Assembly (NCBI GenBank): GCA_004322365.1
Contig: SCTS01000002.1
Location: 12,993 to 76,992 of the forward strand
Source: Patescibacteria group bacterium
Lineage (GTDB): Bacteria; Patescibacteriota; Minisyncoccia; Phycocordibacterales; Phycocordibacteraceae
Length of the DNA: 64,000 nucleotides
Direction of reading: 5' to 3'
The translations under genes were made by a program, and so were the position numbers. The notes beneath the pieces were generated by a model. The model made no database searches and had not been told where the DNA came from. It saw only the letters and a list, made by a program, of their open reading frames with translations. Shown here in pieces: positions 10,347 to 19,830 of the stretch (position 1 is its first letter; every line of letters begins with the position of its first letter).

Positions 10347-11591
10347 TTACATACGGACGGCTTCAGTAAACACTCTCTCATATTGCTCGACTTGTCGTGC
10401 GAGCGAAAATTCTTTTCTCACGCGCTCGTGCCCCGCGACTCCAAACTGCTTTGCTTTCTCCTCATCCATTAGGAGGTCGACAACTTTCGCCGAGAGCGCT
10501 TCGACATCAAGCGGGTTAACCACATATCCAGAGACGCCGTCTTCAACGACTTCGCGTGAACCACCAAAGCATGTGGCAACCACTGGTCTCCCGGCGGCAA
10601 ATGCCTCTAAATTTACTGTAGGAAACGGATCGAGATATATGGACGGCGCGACGACAACGCGCGACGCGAAGTACGCAGACCTAAGCTCATCTCCCGTGAG
10701 CCATCCAGTAAAAACCAGACTCTTCTCCACTCCAAGCTCTATGGCATGTTTTATCATCCGCTCCGCAAACGCGTCCTGCTTCCCTGCCACGAGAAGCTGT
10801 GCGTCGGGAACAGTACGGCAGATTGCAGGCATGGCTTGAATCATTTGCATTGCTCCTTTGGGCTCCGAGAGTCTACCGCCGAAAAAAATAACGCGGTCGC
10901 CGAGATGATGCTTTTTTACGAATGTACCGACATCGAGACTGCCCCATTCTGATACGGCAATGCCGTTGTGGATGACAGAATGTACGCGAATGCCATTGTC
11001 TTCAAGTGCACGAGCAAGCGCCGTGCTCACGGCAACGCTTGCATGTACTGTCTTCCTCAAAATGTATCTGACAATAGGTGTGCGCAGAGGATTGTAGCGC
11101 CACTTATGCATACGCAGTTGCCGGATGATAGACTCGCGATGCACCTCACTCGGAAGTTCGTTTGAGACGCTGCTTAGTGCGGATGGGAGCTTGCCAAAAT
11201 GGAACGACATCGCGTCGTGTTCCGTCATAACAACCCTACGACCATATCGACGCGCAAGTACGAGCGAATAGTACGAAAGGTGTGTATGTACATTGTGCAC
11301 ATGCACAATGTCGGGCGTGTATTGTTTCAGCAGTCGTTCCACATCCCGCAGAGTGGCGCTATTATACAAACTTTTGTACGCGCGCAAACGCGGATGATAG
11401 GAGGAATAGAGTCGCACGACTTCTACTCCATCGATGAATTCACTCCCTGCATGTGCACGATTCTGGACGGTCGTAATGGCGGTTACTTCGTGACCGCGTC
11501 TGGCGAACTCTCTCGCGAGACGATACGCGATAACTCCGCCCCCGCCCACATGATACGGAGGAAGGTCGTCTTGCAGGACCACTATTTTCAT
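10347..11591 (-). CDS. GT4 glycosyltransferase
   Basis: PP..VGG, PDIVHVHN, GRL..KG, DPFPTVNLEAFAAGRPVV. Confidence 0.92.
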   Translation of the reverse strand: MKIVVLQDDLPPYHVGGGGVIAYRLAREFARRGHEVTAITTVQNRAHAGSEFIDGVEVVRLYSSYHPRLRAYKSLYNSATLRDVERLLKQYTPDIVHVHNVHTHLSYYSLVLARRYGRRVVMTEHDAMSFHFGKLPSALSSVSNELPSEVHRESIIRQLRMHKWRYNPLRTPIVRYILRKTVHASVAVSTALARALEDNGIRVHSVIHNGIAVSEWGSLDVGTFVKKHHLGDRVIFFGGRLSEPKGAMQMIQAMPAICRTVPDAQLLVAGKQDAFAERMIKHAIELGVEKSLVFTGWLTGDELRSAYFASRVVVAPSIYLDPFPTVNLEAFAAGRPVVATCFGGSREVVEDGVSGYVVNPLDVEALSAKVVDLLMDEEKAKQFGVAGHERVRKEFSLARQVEQYERVFTEAVRM

Positions 11592-11600
11592 ATTGAAATG

Positions 11601-12599
11601 TTAGAAGGATTCAGCCCCGTTCTTCTTTGCGAGCTCTATATCCGCATCAAGAAGTATCTTCACGAGGTCTTTGAACTTGACCTTCGCTTCCCATCCGAGA
11701 TCGCGCTTCGCCTTCGATGCGTCACCCATCAAAATATCAACCTCCGCCGGTCTGAAGAGTTCCTTCTTTATTTCCACATGATCTTCCCAGCGTTTGCCGA
11801 TAAGCGAAAAAGCTTCTTCGAGGAACTCACGAATCGTATGCGTCTCGCCAGTCGCGAGTACATAGTCCTCCGGCTTCTCAGCCTGGAGCATACGCCACAT
11901 GGCATCAACATACTCCGGCGCATAACCCCAGTCGCGTTTCGCGTCGAGATTGCCGAGGTAAATCTTGCGCGGACGGCCAAGTGCGATATCTGCAACACCA
12001 CGCGTGATCTTGCGCGTCACAAAGTTTGGTCCGCGTCGAGGACTCTCATGATTGAAAAGGATGCCATTGACGATGAACATGCCGTAGCTCTCGCGATAGC
12101 TCTTGCACATCCAGTACGCGTACAGCTTGCTCACCGCATACGGCGATTGCGGATTGAATGGCGTCGTCTCGCTTTGCGGTGTCTCGAAGACCTTGCCGTA
12201 GAGTTCCGAGGTCGATGCTTGGTAAATCCTGGCGGGAGCACCACTCTGGCGAACTGCTTCTATGACGCGTGCGACACCTAAGCCCGAGATGTCGCCTGTG
12301 TACTCGGGGATATCGAAGCTCACGCGTACATCACTCATCGCCGCGAGATTGTAGACTTCATCCGGCTTAACCTCTGAAACAATGCGGGAGATGGAGCTGA
12401 AGTCGCTCAGGTCTCCATAGTAAAGATAGAGATTGTCCTTCTTCGTTCCTTCAGCAGCGAGAGTGCCTTCGTGCGCACCGATGATGTACCTACTTGAACG
12501 GCGAACGAGACCGTGGACTTCGTATCCTTTTTCTAGCAACAGGTCGGCGAGATATGAGCCATCCTGCCCCGTAATGCCCGTGATGAATGCCTTCTTCAT
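11601..12599 (-). CDS. gmd: GDP-mannose 4,6-dehydratase
   Basis: [53 protein letters not shown]. Confidence 0.97.
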   Translation of the reverse strand: MKKAFITGITGQDGSYLADLLLEKGYEVHGLVRRSSRYIIGAHEGTLAAEGTKKDNLYLYYGDLSDFSSISRIVSEVKPDEVYNLAAMSDVRVSFDIPEYTGDISGLGVARVIEAVRQSGAPARIYQASTSELYGKVFETPQSETTPFNPQSPYAVSKLYAYWMCKSYRESYGMFIVNGILFNHESPRRGPNFVTRKITRGVADIALGRPRKIYLGNLDAKRDWGYAPEYVDAMWRMLQAEKPEDYVLATGETHTIREFLEEAFSLIGKRWEDHVEIKKELFRPAEVDILMGDASKAKRDLGWEAKVKFKDLVKILLDADIELAKKNGAESF

Positions 12600-12645
12600 G
12601 TTGAGACTCATTCTATCCCCTGATGTGAGTGTGGGCAACGCGCCA

Positions 12646-13293
12646 TTATTCCTTTCTAAAGACAAAGCACCATCCGATGGCGTGTTTTCGATTCGCCTCA
12701 CTCGCATCTACGCGATCGAGGAATATAGCAAAAGTACCCATGAGGTGGAAAATCTTGCTCATTATCCTGCCCGCGATCGCATGACGGTGGAGATGGAAGC
12801 GATCCATGAGGTAGCGAATTGTCATCTGCGCGGACTGCGAAAAAAAGCCGCCACGCTGGTGAGATTCTACCGTCTTGAAACCGTTGCGTTCAAAAAGTTC
12901 AACGAATCCATATTTCGTGTAGCGCCAGTAGTCGTGTGGCTCGTCATGTAGTTCGTTCCACTGCGGAGCGGTAATCACCGCATAGCCACCCTTTTTTAGT
13001 ACGCGAAATATCTCTTGCACACACTTCTCTGGATACTTCACATGCTCGAGCATCTGCGTAGAGAGAATAGAATCTTTCGATCCGTCGGGAAGCGGGATTG
13101 CATCTGCCGATGCGACAATATCAATACCCTCTCCCGCATAGATGTCGAGACAGGTGAATGTCTTAAATGTGAAAAGGTCCTTGTAACGGTTCTTTTCTCC
13201 CCCACCGACATCGAGCACATCGCCCGTGAGGTACTTCGCGACATTCATCAGCTGTTTGCGTATCAGCGTGCGTTCAACTTGGTAAATATACAT
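12646..13293 (-). CDS. Class I SAM-dependent methyltransferase
   Basis: [29 protein letters not shown]. Confidence 0.88.
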   Translation of the reverse strand: MYIYQVERTLIRKQLMNVAKYLTGDVLDVGGGEKNRYKDLFTFKTFTCLDIYAGEGIDIVASADAIPLPDGSKDSILSTQMLEHVKYPEKCVQEIFRVLKKGGYAVITAPQWNELHDEPHDYWRYTKYGFVELFERNGFKTVESHQRGGFFSQSAQMTIRYLMDRFHLHRHAIAGRIMSKIFHLMGTFAIFLDRVDASEANRKHAIGWCFVFRKE

Positions 13294-13310
13294 ATGCCTA
13301 CTACTGCGGA

Positions 13311-14363
13311 TTATCGCTCGAGCATACCACGATAGAGTTGTGCATAGAGCTTTGTGAGATGCGGAATATCATGTTCGTTGGCAAATTCACGCGCACGCGC
13401 ACTCATGCGCGCCCTCCGTTCTGTATCACCAAGTATCAGTGCGAGCGCTTCAGCGGTCGCCTCTGGGTCTTTTTGCGGAACCAGTATGCCCGTCTTGCCG
13501 TCCTCAACCGCATCGGCTATTCCGTTACCCAATGTACCGATACTGGGCAAACCATGCGCCGCGGCTTCAAGAAATACCATACCAAAACCTTCAAAATGAA
13601 AGTCCAGATTCACGGATGTCAAAATGAAAACAGAAGCCTTCTCGTAGAGCTCATTGAGATGTGCGTCGGATACATCCGTAAGAAAATCAACTCGATCCTC
13701 GACTCCAAGTTCGCGAGCAAGCTCTGTGAGCATTTTAAAATAACGAGGCTCATCTGTTTGGGATCCGACCATTATGTAGCGCAGCTCTGGTATTCGATCT
13801 TTAAGCAGAGCGAATGCGCGGAGCGACACCTCATACCCTTTACGCGCCTTCAATGCTCCGACACTAAGAATGAAAGGTTCCCTTTCGGAAACCGGTCCCC
13901 GTACAGGATCTGTGAATTTCGACATATCGATGCCAGGGTCTATCACGTGGACAGTGAGACCGCGCACTTTTTTTTGAATCTCTTGGGCGACAAACACGCT
14001 ACCTGCAACTACTGCATTGGCAGATCTATATACAATCTGAGAGAAGATCGCTGTTTTAAAATTGTACAACGGCGCTACAGCGTATGCAGCCTGGCAAATA
14101 ATCACAAGCTTCGCTCGAGTAAAGAGGGTTGCTAAAAATCCAGCGAACCCGAGCGGATTAATATCTACCGCCTGCACGATATCACTCCTTTTTGCCTCCT
14201 TGCGAGCAGTTCGTACGAACGCCCAAAAGTCTTTTTTAAAATCTAAAAGAGTCACTTCATATCCAGCTGCAGTAAGCACGGAGAGCATAGTAGCGGCATT
14301 CCTGCCACTACCAGAAGATCTGTCGGTTTCCTGCGCTAATAATAGTACTTTTTTCCCGTTCAT
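13311..14363 (-). CDS. GT4 glycosyltransferase
   Basis: SVGALKARKG, EGFGMVFLEAAAHGLP. Confidence 0.92.
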   Translation of the reverse strand: MNGKKVLLLAQETDRSSGSGRNAATMLSVLTAAGYEVTLLDFKKDFWAFVRTARKEAKRSDIVQAVDINPLGFAGFLATLFTRAKLVIICQAAYAVAPLYNFKTAIFSQIVYRSANAVVAGSVFVAQEIQKKVRGLTVHVIDPGIDMSKFTDPVRGPVSEREPFILSVGALKARKGYEVSLRAFALLKDRIPELRYIMVGSQTDEPRYFKMLTELARELGVEDRVDFLTDVSDAHLNELYEKASVFILTSVNLDFHFEGFGMVFLEAAAHGLPSIGTLGNGIADAVEDGKTGILVPQKDPEATAEALALILGDTERRARMSARAREFANEHDIPHLTKLYAQLYRGMLER

Positions 14364-14395
14364 TTTTAGTGTGTGGAGCGCAGATTTTCTTCAAA

Positions 14396-15133
14396 CTATT
14401 GAGCGTTGGGTAGTTTTTGCAACAAATACACCTGTTCATGACATAGGTCAGGAAACACGGCCCCAACTATTTCTGCCATCGGCTGTACTATCCGTGCCAG
14501 AAATGGGATCCGCCAAATAAAGGGAACATAGAGACCGTACGCGCGAACTCCAACGATAGAAAAATACTTACGCAGAGCAGTTTCGTATGTGGCGTAGGTA
14601 TTCAAATGCTCACGACGCGCAGCGGCTTTATCAAGACGCGCGACAATGGAGTCGCGCCCAGCGAATCCACACAAAAAATATCCTCCCGGAACTAATTGTG
14701 TGGCGGCCCATTCCGCCTCTGTCTCAGTCTTGAGCGTAAGCTCCCCAACCCCGATCTCCATAGCCACCGTAAACCTCCTATTTGGTATAAATTCTTTGCG
14801 TACTTCATAGCTAATCGCTGGATCGTCGGTAGCATCTTTTGCGACCGCTATCATGCCTTCCGCAATATCTATCCCGACAAGTTGGTCAAACACTTTAGGC
14901 ATTCGCTCCTGAATAGAACGCAAAAGAATTCCATCAGCACAACCAATCTCAACAAGCGAACGCGGAGCTTCTGTGCGTTGAACCACTTCAGACAGAAGCT
15001 TCAATACTAGCTTGCGCCTCCGGGTAAAAAAGAACTGGATATAATTCGTCGCAACTTTAGGGTAGCGCCGACGAGAATAATTTTTGCTTTCCTCGTCGTA
15101 GAAGGTAGAGCTTCGTTTAAAACTTATATCCAT
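14396..15133 (-). CDS. Class I SAM-dependent methyltransferase
   Basis: VEIGCADG, GIDIAEGMI, LVPGG. Confidence 0.8.
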   Translation of the reverse strand: MDISFKRSSTFYDEESKNYSRRRYPKVATNYIQFFFTRRRKLVLKLLSEVVQRTEAPRSLVEIGCADGILLRSIQERMPKVFDQLVGIDIAEGMIAVAKDATDDPAISYEVRKEFIPNRRFTVAMEIGVGELTLKTETEAEWAATQLVPGGYFLCGFAGRDSIVARLDKAAARREHLNTYATYETALRKYFSIVGVRAYGLYVPFIWRIPFLARIVQPMAEIVGAVFPDLCHEQVYLLQKLPNAQ

Positions 15134-15240
15134 AAAAATCGCTTACTGTTATGTAGTTAGGTATGTAAGTATACTCCGCGCCTGCCCGTTCTACGAATAC
15201 CGGGGCTGGGCTTTCGGTACCATGGGTTTTTAGACATACT

Positions 15241-16056
15241 CTAGATTTTTCTGAATTCTTTGCGACGGCGCCATAGAGCTCTGATAAGACGAACATGGTA
15301 CACATGCCGGCTTAACTCAATCTTCAGTGGCATTTTCTTCCCCCTGCAGAACAGGCGAACCTTCACTAATTGCAACAAATAGAACAGTGACACGCGTGCG
15401 TGCCACCAAATGGTGTGGAAAAATTGTCGCCAGAACGATGCGCCGAGGACCTCCTGATTCACTTGTAGTTGAATATAGTAATCCATTTTTGATGGACTCG
15501 GACCTTGCGTACCGTCAACGGGTACATAGAGTGTGCCGACGACTTTCTCTGTCACGACACCCGGCTTGAGTTCAATACGCTCGTGCACTTTTTTTATAAA
15601 ACGCTTCACTGAAGCCTTAGCAAACAAACGCATGGATAGATTGGGATATGTGGTTGCGCACATGACCTCCTCCCCACCCACTACATACCTACGATATAGG
15701 GCGTACACACCCTCTGCCTGTGTCGTTGTGACACGGCGTATCTCATTTTCTAATTCCTTGGAAATATATTCATCTGAGTCGAGAAAGAAGAACCACGGCT
15801 CGCGCGATGCGTCGAGTGTCTGATTTCGTACGGCACCAAAATCGGCGATGCGTCCCTCTGTATCGAGCAATAAGGGATTCTGATGTATCACCCGTGCACC
15901 GTATTGCTCGGCGATATTCAAAGTGTCGTCAGTCGAACCGCCATCGCAAATAACGATGTCACTAAAATTCTTGACGCTCTCAAGCGCACGCGCGATTGTA
16001 TGCCCAGAATTCTTCGTCAGAATCGCAACGGTGCATGGCACAGAATTGTTGTTCAT
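15241..16056 (-). CDS. GT2 glycosyltransferase
   Basis: VAILTKN, DGGSTD, F...RN, FFLDSDE, VHE. Confidence 0.9.
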   Translation of the reverse strand: MNNNSVPCTVAILTKNSGHTIARALESVKNFSDIVICDGGSTDDTLNIAEQYGARVIHQNPLLLDTEGRIADFGAVRNQTLDASREPWFFFLDSDEYISKELENEIRRVTTTQAEGVYALYRRYVVGGEEVMCATTYPNLSMRLFAKASVKRFIKKVHERIELKPGVVTEKVVGTLYVPVDGTQGPSPSKMDYYIQLQVNQEVLGASFWRQFFHTIWWHARVSLFYLLQLVKVRLFCRGKKMPLKIELSRHVYHVRLIRALWRRRKEFRKI

Positions 16057-17519
16057 ATTCGTTTGATCACCTCTTTTTTATTCAACAATGTTCCATATTT
16101 GCTGGCCGGAATCACTTTCACTTCGACAACTCCCTCACTATAACGAAGAGCTATAATTTTTCCAGTACGAACAGAATACCGCGGTAACAACAATACGATG
16201 CACTCCCGCACGAAGCACCACATACGCAGAACGGCTTCTCGGATGTATCCGCCACGGAGTGCGTACCAAGTGTGATTGACTGTTTCTCGGATTGAAAAAA
16301 GAAATGCGGGCGGAAGCGCCGGACATTTAAAGCTCCACCATACTGATCCCTCGAGTCCGTTGTCGTAAATACCTTCACTGAAGTTGCGCTTTTGCCATCG
16401 TGCGTTTACAAGAACACGATGTGAGGAATTCGTGTCCGTAAATACTTCCGTCCCTTCGAAACGAAACGAGAAATCCTCTAAAGACGATGCACTGTCGAGT
16501 TTCGACTTGATATCACCGACACGCAGCATCCACGCGAGATGCGCTGTCCAAAATATCGCACACTGAAAATTCACCGGCGCACCGATGTGCGAGTGCAAAT
16601 ATCCATCAAAGAAGTGTCTCTGTGTTTGGAACAAAAGATTGTGGAGCGCAACAGTAGCCGTCGGCTCTTTTGAATGAGCGAGCGCATACGCATCGAAGCC
16701 GGCGGAGGCGACCTCATACGGAGACTGCCAGTACCAGCGTTTACATTCCATTCGTAAATCTTTTGTGCCGTCGGCCTTGTACATCGCAAGCAACGCCCGC
16801 TCACTTTTAAGTAAGCGTTCTTCAAAAGGCGTCGCGTCTATTCCTGTGGCGTCGAGTGAATACCGGATGAACGCTATGCAGCGCGACTGATAAAATGTTG
16901 TGATACCCTCGTACCCTTCGAAATTGCCATGCTCGCGCGCGTGCGGCATATAGAGAAAGAAGCCGTCAACAGTCATGTCGGAAAACGCCTGCTCGATACT
17001 CGCACGAACTACATCATCGTATTCGTGCGTGCCCGCATAGTGCGCGTAGGATGCAAGACCGGTGAGTCCCCAGAGGCGCTGATTAGTGATCGATTTTTCC
17101 GCGGCAGCATTCACGAGATAGCTTTCGACGACATCGCGCAGCCCTGCCGTATACTCTTCATGCTCTTCGTTTGTAAACGCGCTCTGGTGCAAACGGAGAA
17201 AGCGAGATATGGAGTCGACGCACGCGCCGGCGTCGATCACATTCTGCGACATGTTCATCGGGTTCATATGCCCCGGGTAAAAGACCTTTCCTGCTTTTGT
17301 GTCGGTCACGAGAGTGAAGAGGTACGCGATAAGCTTCTTCCCTTTCTCAATCTCGCCGAGAGTTGAATAGAAATCGAGCAGGTAGCAGTTGCTTCCTGTA
17401 TGCTCGACATGATGCTTGCCACAGCGTTGATGCTTCTCAAGATATGAAGTAGCGTCGCGAACGAGTGTACCTAAGGTGCTCACAGATGCCGAATGTTGAC
17501 GCCTAGGTATTTCCTTCAT
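16053..17519 (-). CDS. Hypothetical protein, possibly an alpha-helical barrel sugar-modifying enzyme
   Basis: Long ORF coupled to the GT2 gene by an ATGA overlap; family not recognised. Confidence 0.6.
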   Translation of the reverse strand: MKEIPRRQHSASVSTLGTLVRDATSYLEKHQRCGKHHVEHTGSNCYLLDFYSTLGEIEKGKKLIAYLFTLVTDTKAGKVFYPGHMNPMNMSQNVIDAGACVDSISRFLRLHQSAFTNEEHEEYTAGLRDVVESYLVNAAAEKSITNQRLWGLTGLASYAHYAGTHEYDDVVRASIEQAFSDMTVDGFFLYMPHAREHGNFEGYEGITTFYQSRCIAFIRYSLDATGIDATPFEERLLKSERALLAMYKADGTKDLRMECKRWYWQSPYEVASAGFDAYALAHSKEPTATVALHNLLFQTQRHFFDGYLHSHIGAPVNFQCAIFWTAHLAWMLRVGDIKSKLDSASSLEDFSFRFEGTEVFTDTNSSHRVLVNARWQKRNFSEGIYDNGLEGSVWWSFKCPALPPAFLFSIRETVNHTWYALRGGYIREAVLRMWCFVRECIVLLLPRYSVRTGKIIALRYSEGVVEVKVIPASKYGTLLNKKEVIKRI

Positions 17520-17594
17520 ACTACGGAAGAATAGCGTCAATGAGCATCGAGAGCGAGTGCTCGTTGGGAACTAAGATAAAGGTATACTACTTTT

Positions 17595-17891
17595 ATGAGA
17601 AACATCATGCAGTGGCAACAGGCCCTCAAGACGGCGGCAGAGCAGAAATTTCCCAATAGCGGATGGTCGCACACTGACCGTCTTGCTTCGGTACGAAGAC
17701 AACTCGAGGATGTTGAGGCTTCGCTCAAAGTGGAGAGTGGGGAATTACAAAGCGACGACCATGCACACCAAGACCCAAATCACCGAATTGGTGCACTGAT
17801 TGCCGACATCTTAATTCTCGCCGAAGAACGGAACGCCGATATTGAAAACGAGCTTGAAAAAGTACTCGCGTGGTTTGAAAAGCGCGACTAG
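17595..17891 (+). CDS. Small helical protein, MazG-like NTP pyrophosphohydrolase fold suspected
   Basis: 'RLASVRRQLEDV...IGALIADILILA...IENEL' pattern; opposite strand within the operon. Confidence 0.45.
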   Translation: MRNIMQWQQALKTAAEQKFPNSGWSHTDRLASVRRQLEDVEASLKVESGELQSDDHAHQDPNHRIGALIADILILAEERNADIENELEKVLAWFEKRD

Positions 17892-18883
17892 AGCGAGACG
17901 CGCCTTCCCTCTCGGGCTGAAATTCGCATCGCTTCCAAAACACTCGCTTGGCGGATGATACGGTCGTACATTTCTTCAAGCTGTTTTGTATTCTGTGCGA
18001 CAACAGCTTGGCAAAAGAAATCAAAACTAAGAGCGAATTGATTTGCTGTTGGGATTTCTAAACTCATGCGTGTGTCTTTGGCACCATCGTTGGTGATGAG
18101 TTCGACAATCGGTGCCATCGTAGGCGGTATAGCAAATGCGCGACTCGTTCGCACCATTCCTTTGGAACCCCAAACCGAATAGGTATTTTGATAGAGGTGA
18201 TCAAAACCAAATGACATCAGTGCAGTCCCCTTTTCGAATTCAAGAAATGCAGAACCTTTGATATCCACATCCTGGCCATCCTGTGCAAGCGTGCAAGTAA
18301 CGGCAACTGGTTCCTGTTGCATTATTTTTCGTGCCATGAAAACCGTATAGCAACCCGCATCGTTGAGAGCACCACCCTTCAAATCCGCGCTATAGCGAAT
18401 ATCACCAGACGGGAACGGTGGGAATCCGTACGCACCATTCCACACATGTGGTGTGCCGATTTTCCCTTCTGCAATGAGCGATAGAATTGTCGCGTGTTGT
18501 GGATGGAACTCGGGAACGAAATTCTCATACAATGCAACACCTTTTTCTCGACAAGCATTAACCATACGCTGTGCCGATTCTAGACTATAGGTAATCGACT
18601 TCTCGCAGATGATGTGTTTCCCAGACTGCGCCGTTTTTAGTACCCATTCCTCCTGAAGTCCCACAGGAAGTGGAATATATATGACATCGATATCGTCGCG
18701 CGCAATCAAGGAATCATAGGTCTCGGCTTCTACTCCGTGGCGCACTGCCCACTCCTCTGCCTTGCTCTTCTCGCGACTAGCTATCGCGACCAGCTCGATA
18801 TCGGGAAGGGATTTGAATGCTGGTATCGCGTATTTTTCCGCGATGTTAGCACAACCTAGAATACCGACACGGATTTTTTTCAT
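17888..18883 (-). CDS. Gfo/Idh/MocA oxidoreductase, probable NDP-hexose 3-ketoreductase
   Basis: GILGCANIA, YIPLP, GKHIICEK, GGALNDAGCY; adjacent to the 2,3-dehydratase. Confidence 0.85.
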   Translation of the reverse strand: MKKIRVGILGCANIAEKYAIPAFKSLPDIELVAIASREKSKAEEWAVRHGVEAETYDSLIARDDIDVIYIPLPVGLQEEWVLKTAQSGKHIICEKSITYSLESAQRMVNACREKGVALYENFVPEFHPQHATILSLIAEGKIGTPHVWNGAYGFPPFPSGDIRYSADLKGGALNDAGCYTVFMARKIMQQEPVAVTCTLAQDGQDVDIKGSAFLEFEKGTALMSFGFDHLYQNTYSVWGSKGMVRTSRAFAIPPTMAPIVELITNDGAKDTRMSLEIPTANQFALSFDFFCQAVVAQNTKQLEEMYDRIIRQASVLEAMRISAREGRRVSL

Positions 18884-19518
18884 AACAAAGCGCATACATT
18901 ACGCGCGAGAGAATTAACCGTCGTATCAACGCGCAAGAGTTTCTTAATCTCGGGGAGTGTGAGCCAAATGTAATCTTCAGTAACGGGCACTTCTTCCGAT
19001 TCGTCCACCTCCACAAGCATTGAACGGTTCACCTTATGAAAAAACCGACCGCCGTCTTCGACGCCCAAAACTGATGCAATGAGTCTTCCTTTCGTCCCGT
19101 CAAAATATTCAGCAAGTCGTGGACGCTTTCCTCCATGCGCTTGCGCCAGATTGCCTTCGGAAACCTGACATGCCGGCGATATCTGCACATTGTTGATATT
19201 CCCCGGCTCAAATTTTGCATAGAAAAGATACTTTGTGACACCGTCTTTCTTTTGCACTAACACGCCTGAAATGCCGACCTCTTCCTGTTTCAACATCGGC
19301 TGACTCCACGACGGCACTTCCCTGTCCGACGCACCTGTTATCTTTACGCCAATAATCGAGAAAAATTTTCCTGACTCATGCGTGATATTCCCACTTACAG
19401 GATCTGTTTTCCAACCCTGCACATCATTTACCCCGACCGCTTCCACGGTGACTGGGTACGAATCCTGCTTTTCTTTGAGCCACGCGAGAATGGGATTTAT
19501 ATCAACGTCTTCATTCAT
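18880..19518 (-). CDS. NDP-hexose 2,3-dehydratase family protein (single-domain)
   Basis: HESGKFFSIIG, WSQPML, AKFEPGN...QISP, EDGGRFFHKVNR, VNSLARNV. Confidence 0.88.
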   Translation of the reverse strand: MNEDVDINPILAWLKEKQDSYPVTVEAVGVNDVQGWKTDPVSGNITHESGKFFSIIGVKITGASDREVPSWSQPMLKQEEVGISGVLVQKKDGVTKYLFYAKFEPGNINNVQISPACQVSEGNLAQAHGGKRPRLAEYFDGTKGRLIASVLGVEDGGRFFHKVNRSMLVEVDESEEVPVTEDYIWLTLPEIKKLLRVDTTVNSLARNVCALL

Positions 19519-19519
19519 A

Positions 19520-19830
19520 CCCCCACACCTTTTATCTCATAAAATGCTTCTTGAAATCCTCCTTTTGAGTTGCCCGAGCGCTTTCCCATCTTTCTTGAGA
19601 GAAAATTCTCTACCTCTTGCATCTCGTTCTGAAGTGTAAGCCTCATAATAACAGAGCTCAAAGGGTCGGCGAGGCTTGGTAGATTTGACCGCTCCGCCAT
19701 TGTGTTCGGAAAGTCTTCGACGCAAATCATTTGTCGATCCAACGTATAACTTTTCATCCTTGAGGCTTTTAAGCACATATACGTAATACATAGCGAATGG
19801 GTGGAGCCAATGAGATAAAAGGTGTGGGGG
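19520..19830. mobile_element. 311-bp TIR-bounded cassette carrying only a GIY-YIG nuclease
   Basis: Perfect 21-bp TIRs cccccacaccttttatctcat (19520-19540) and atgagataaaaggtgtggggg (19810-19830); 5-bp direct repeat tcata at 19515-19519 and 19831-19835. Confidence 0.85.
19537..19791 (-). CDS. Stand-alone GIY-YIG nuclease
   Basis: MYYVYVLKS...LYVGSTNDLRRRLSEHN...YYEAY...A..RE..LK. Confidence 0.93.
   Translation of the reverse strand: MYYVYVLKSLKDEKLYVGSTNDLRRRLSEHNGGAVKSTKPRRPFELCYYEAYTSERDARGREFSLKKDGKALGQLKRRISRSIL

Noticed and set aside
11199-12281. 360-aa plus-strand ORF
   Set aside because: Antisense shadow of gmd and the GT4 gene; no recognisable motifs.
13338-14135. 265-aa plus-strand ORF and the many other short overlapping ORFs in the track
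   Set aside because: Antisense or alternate-frame to confidently identified genes.
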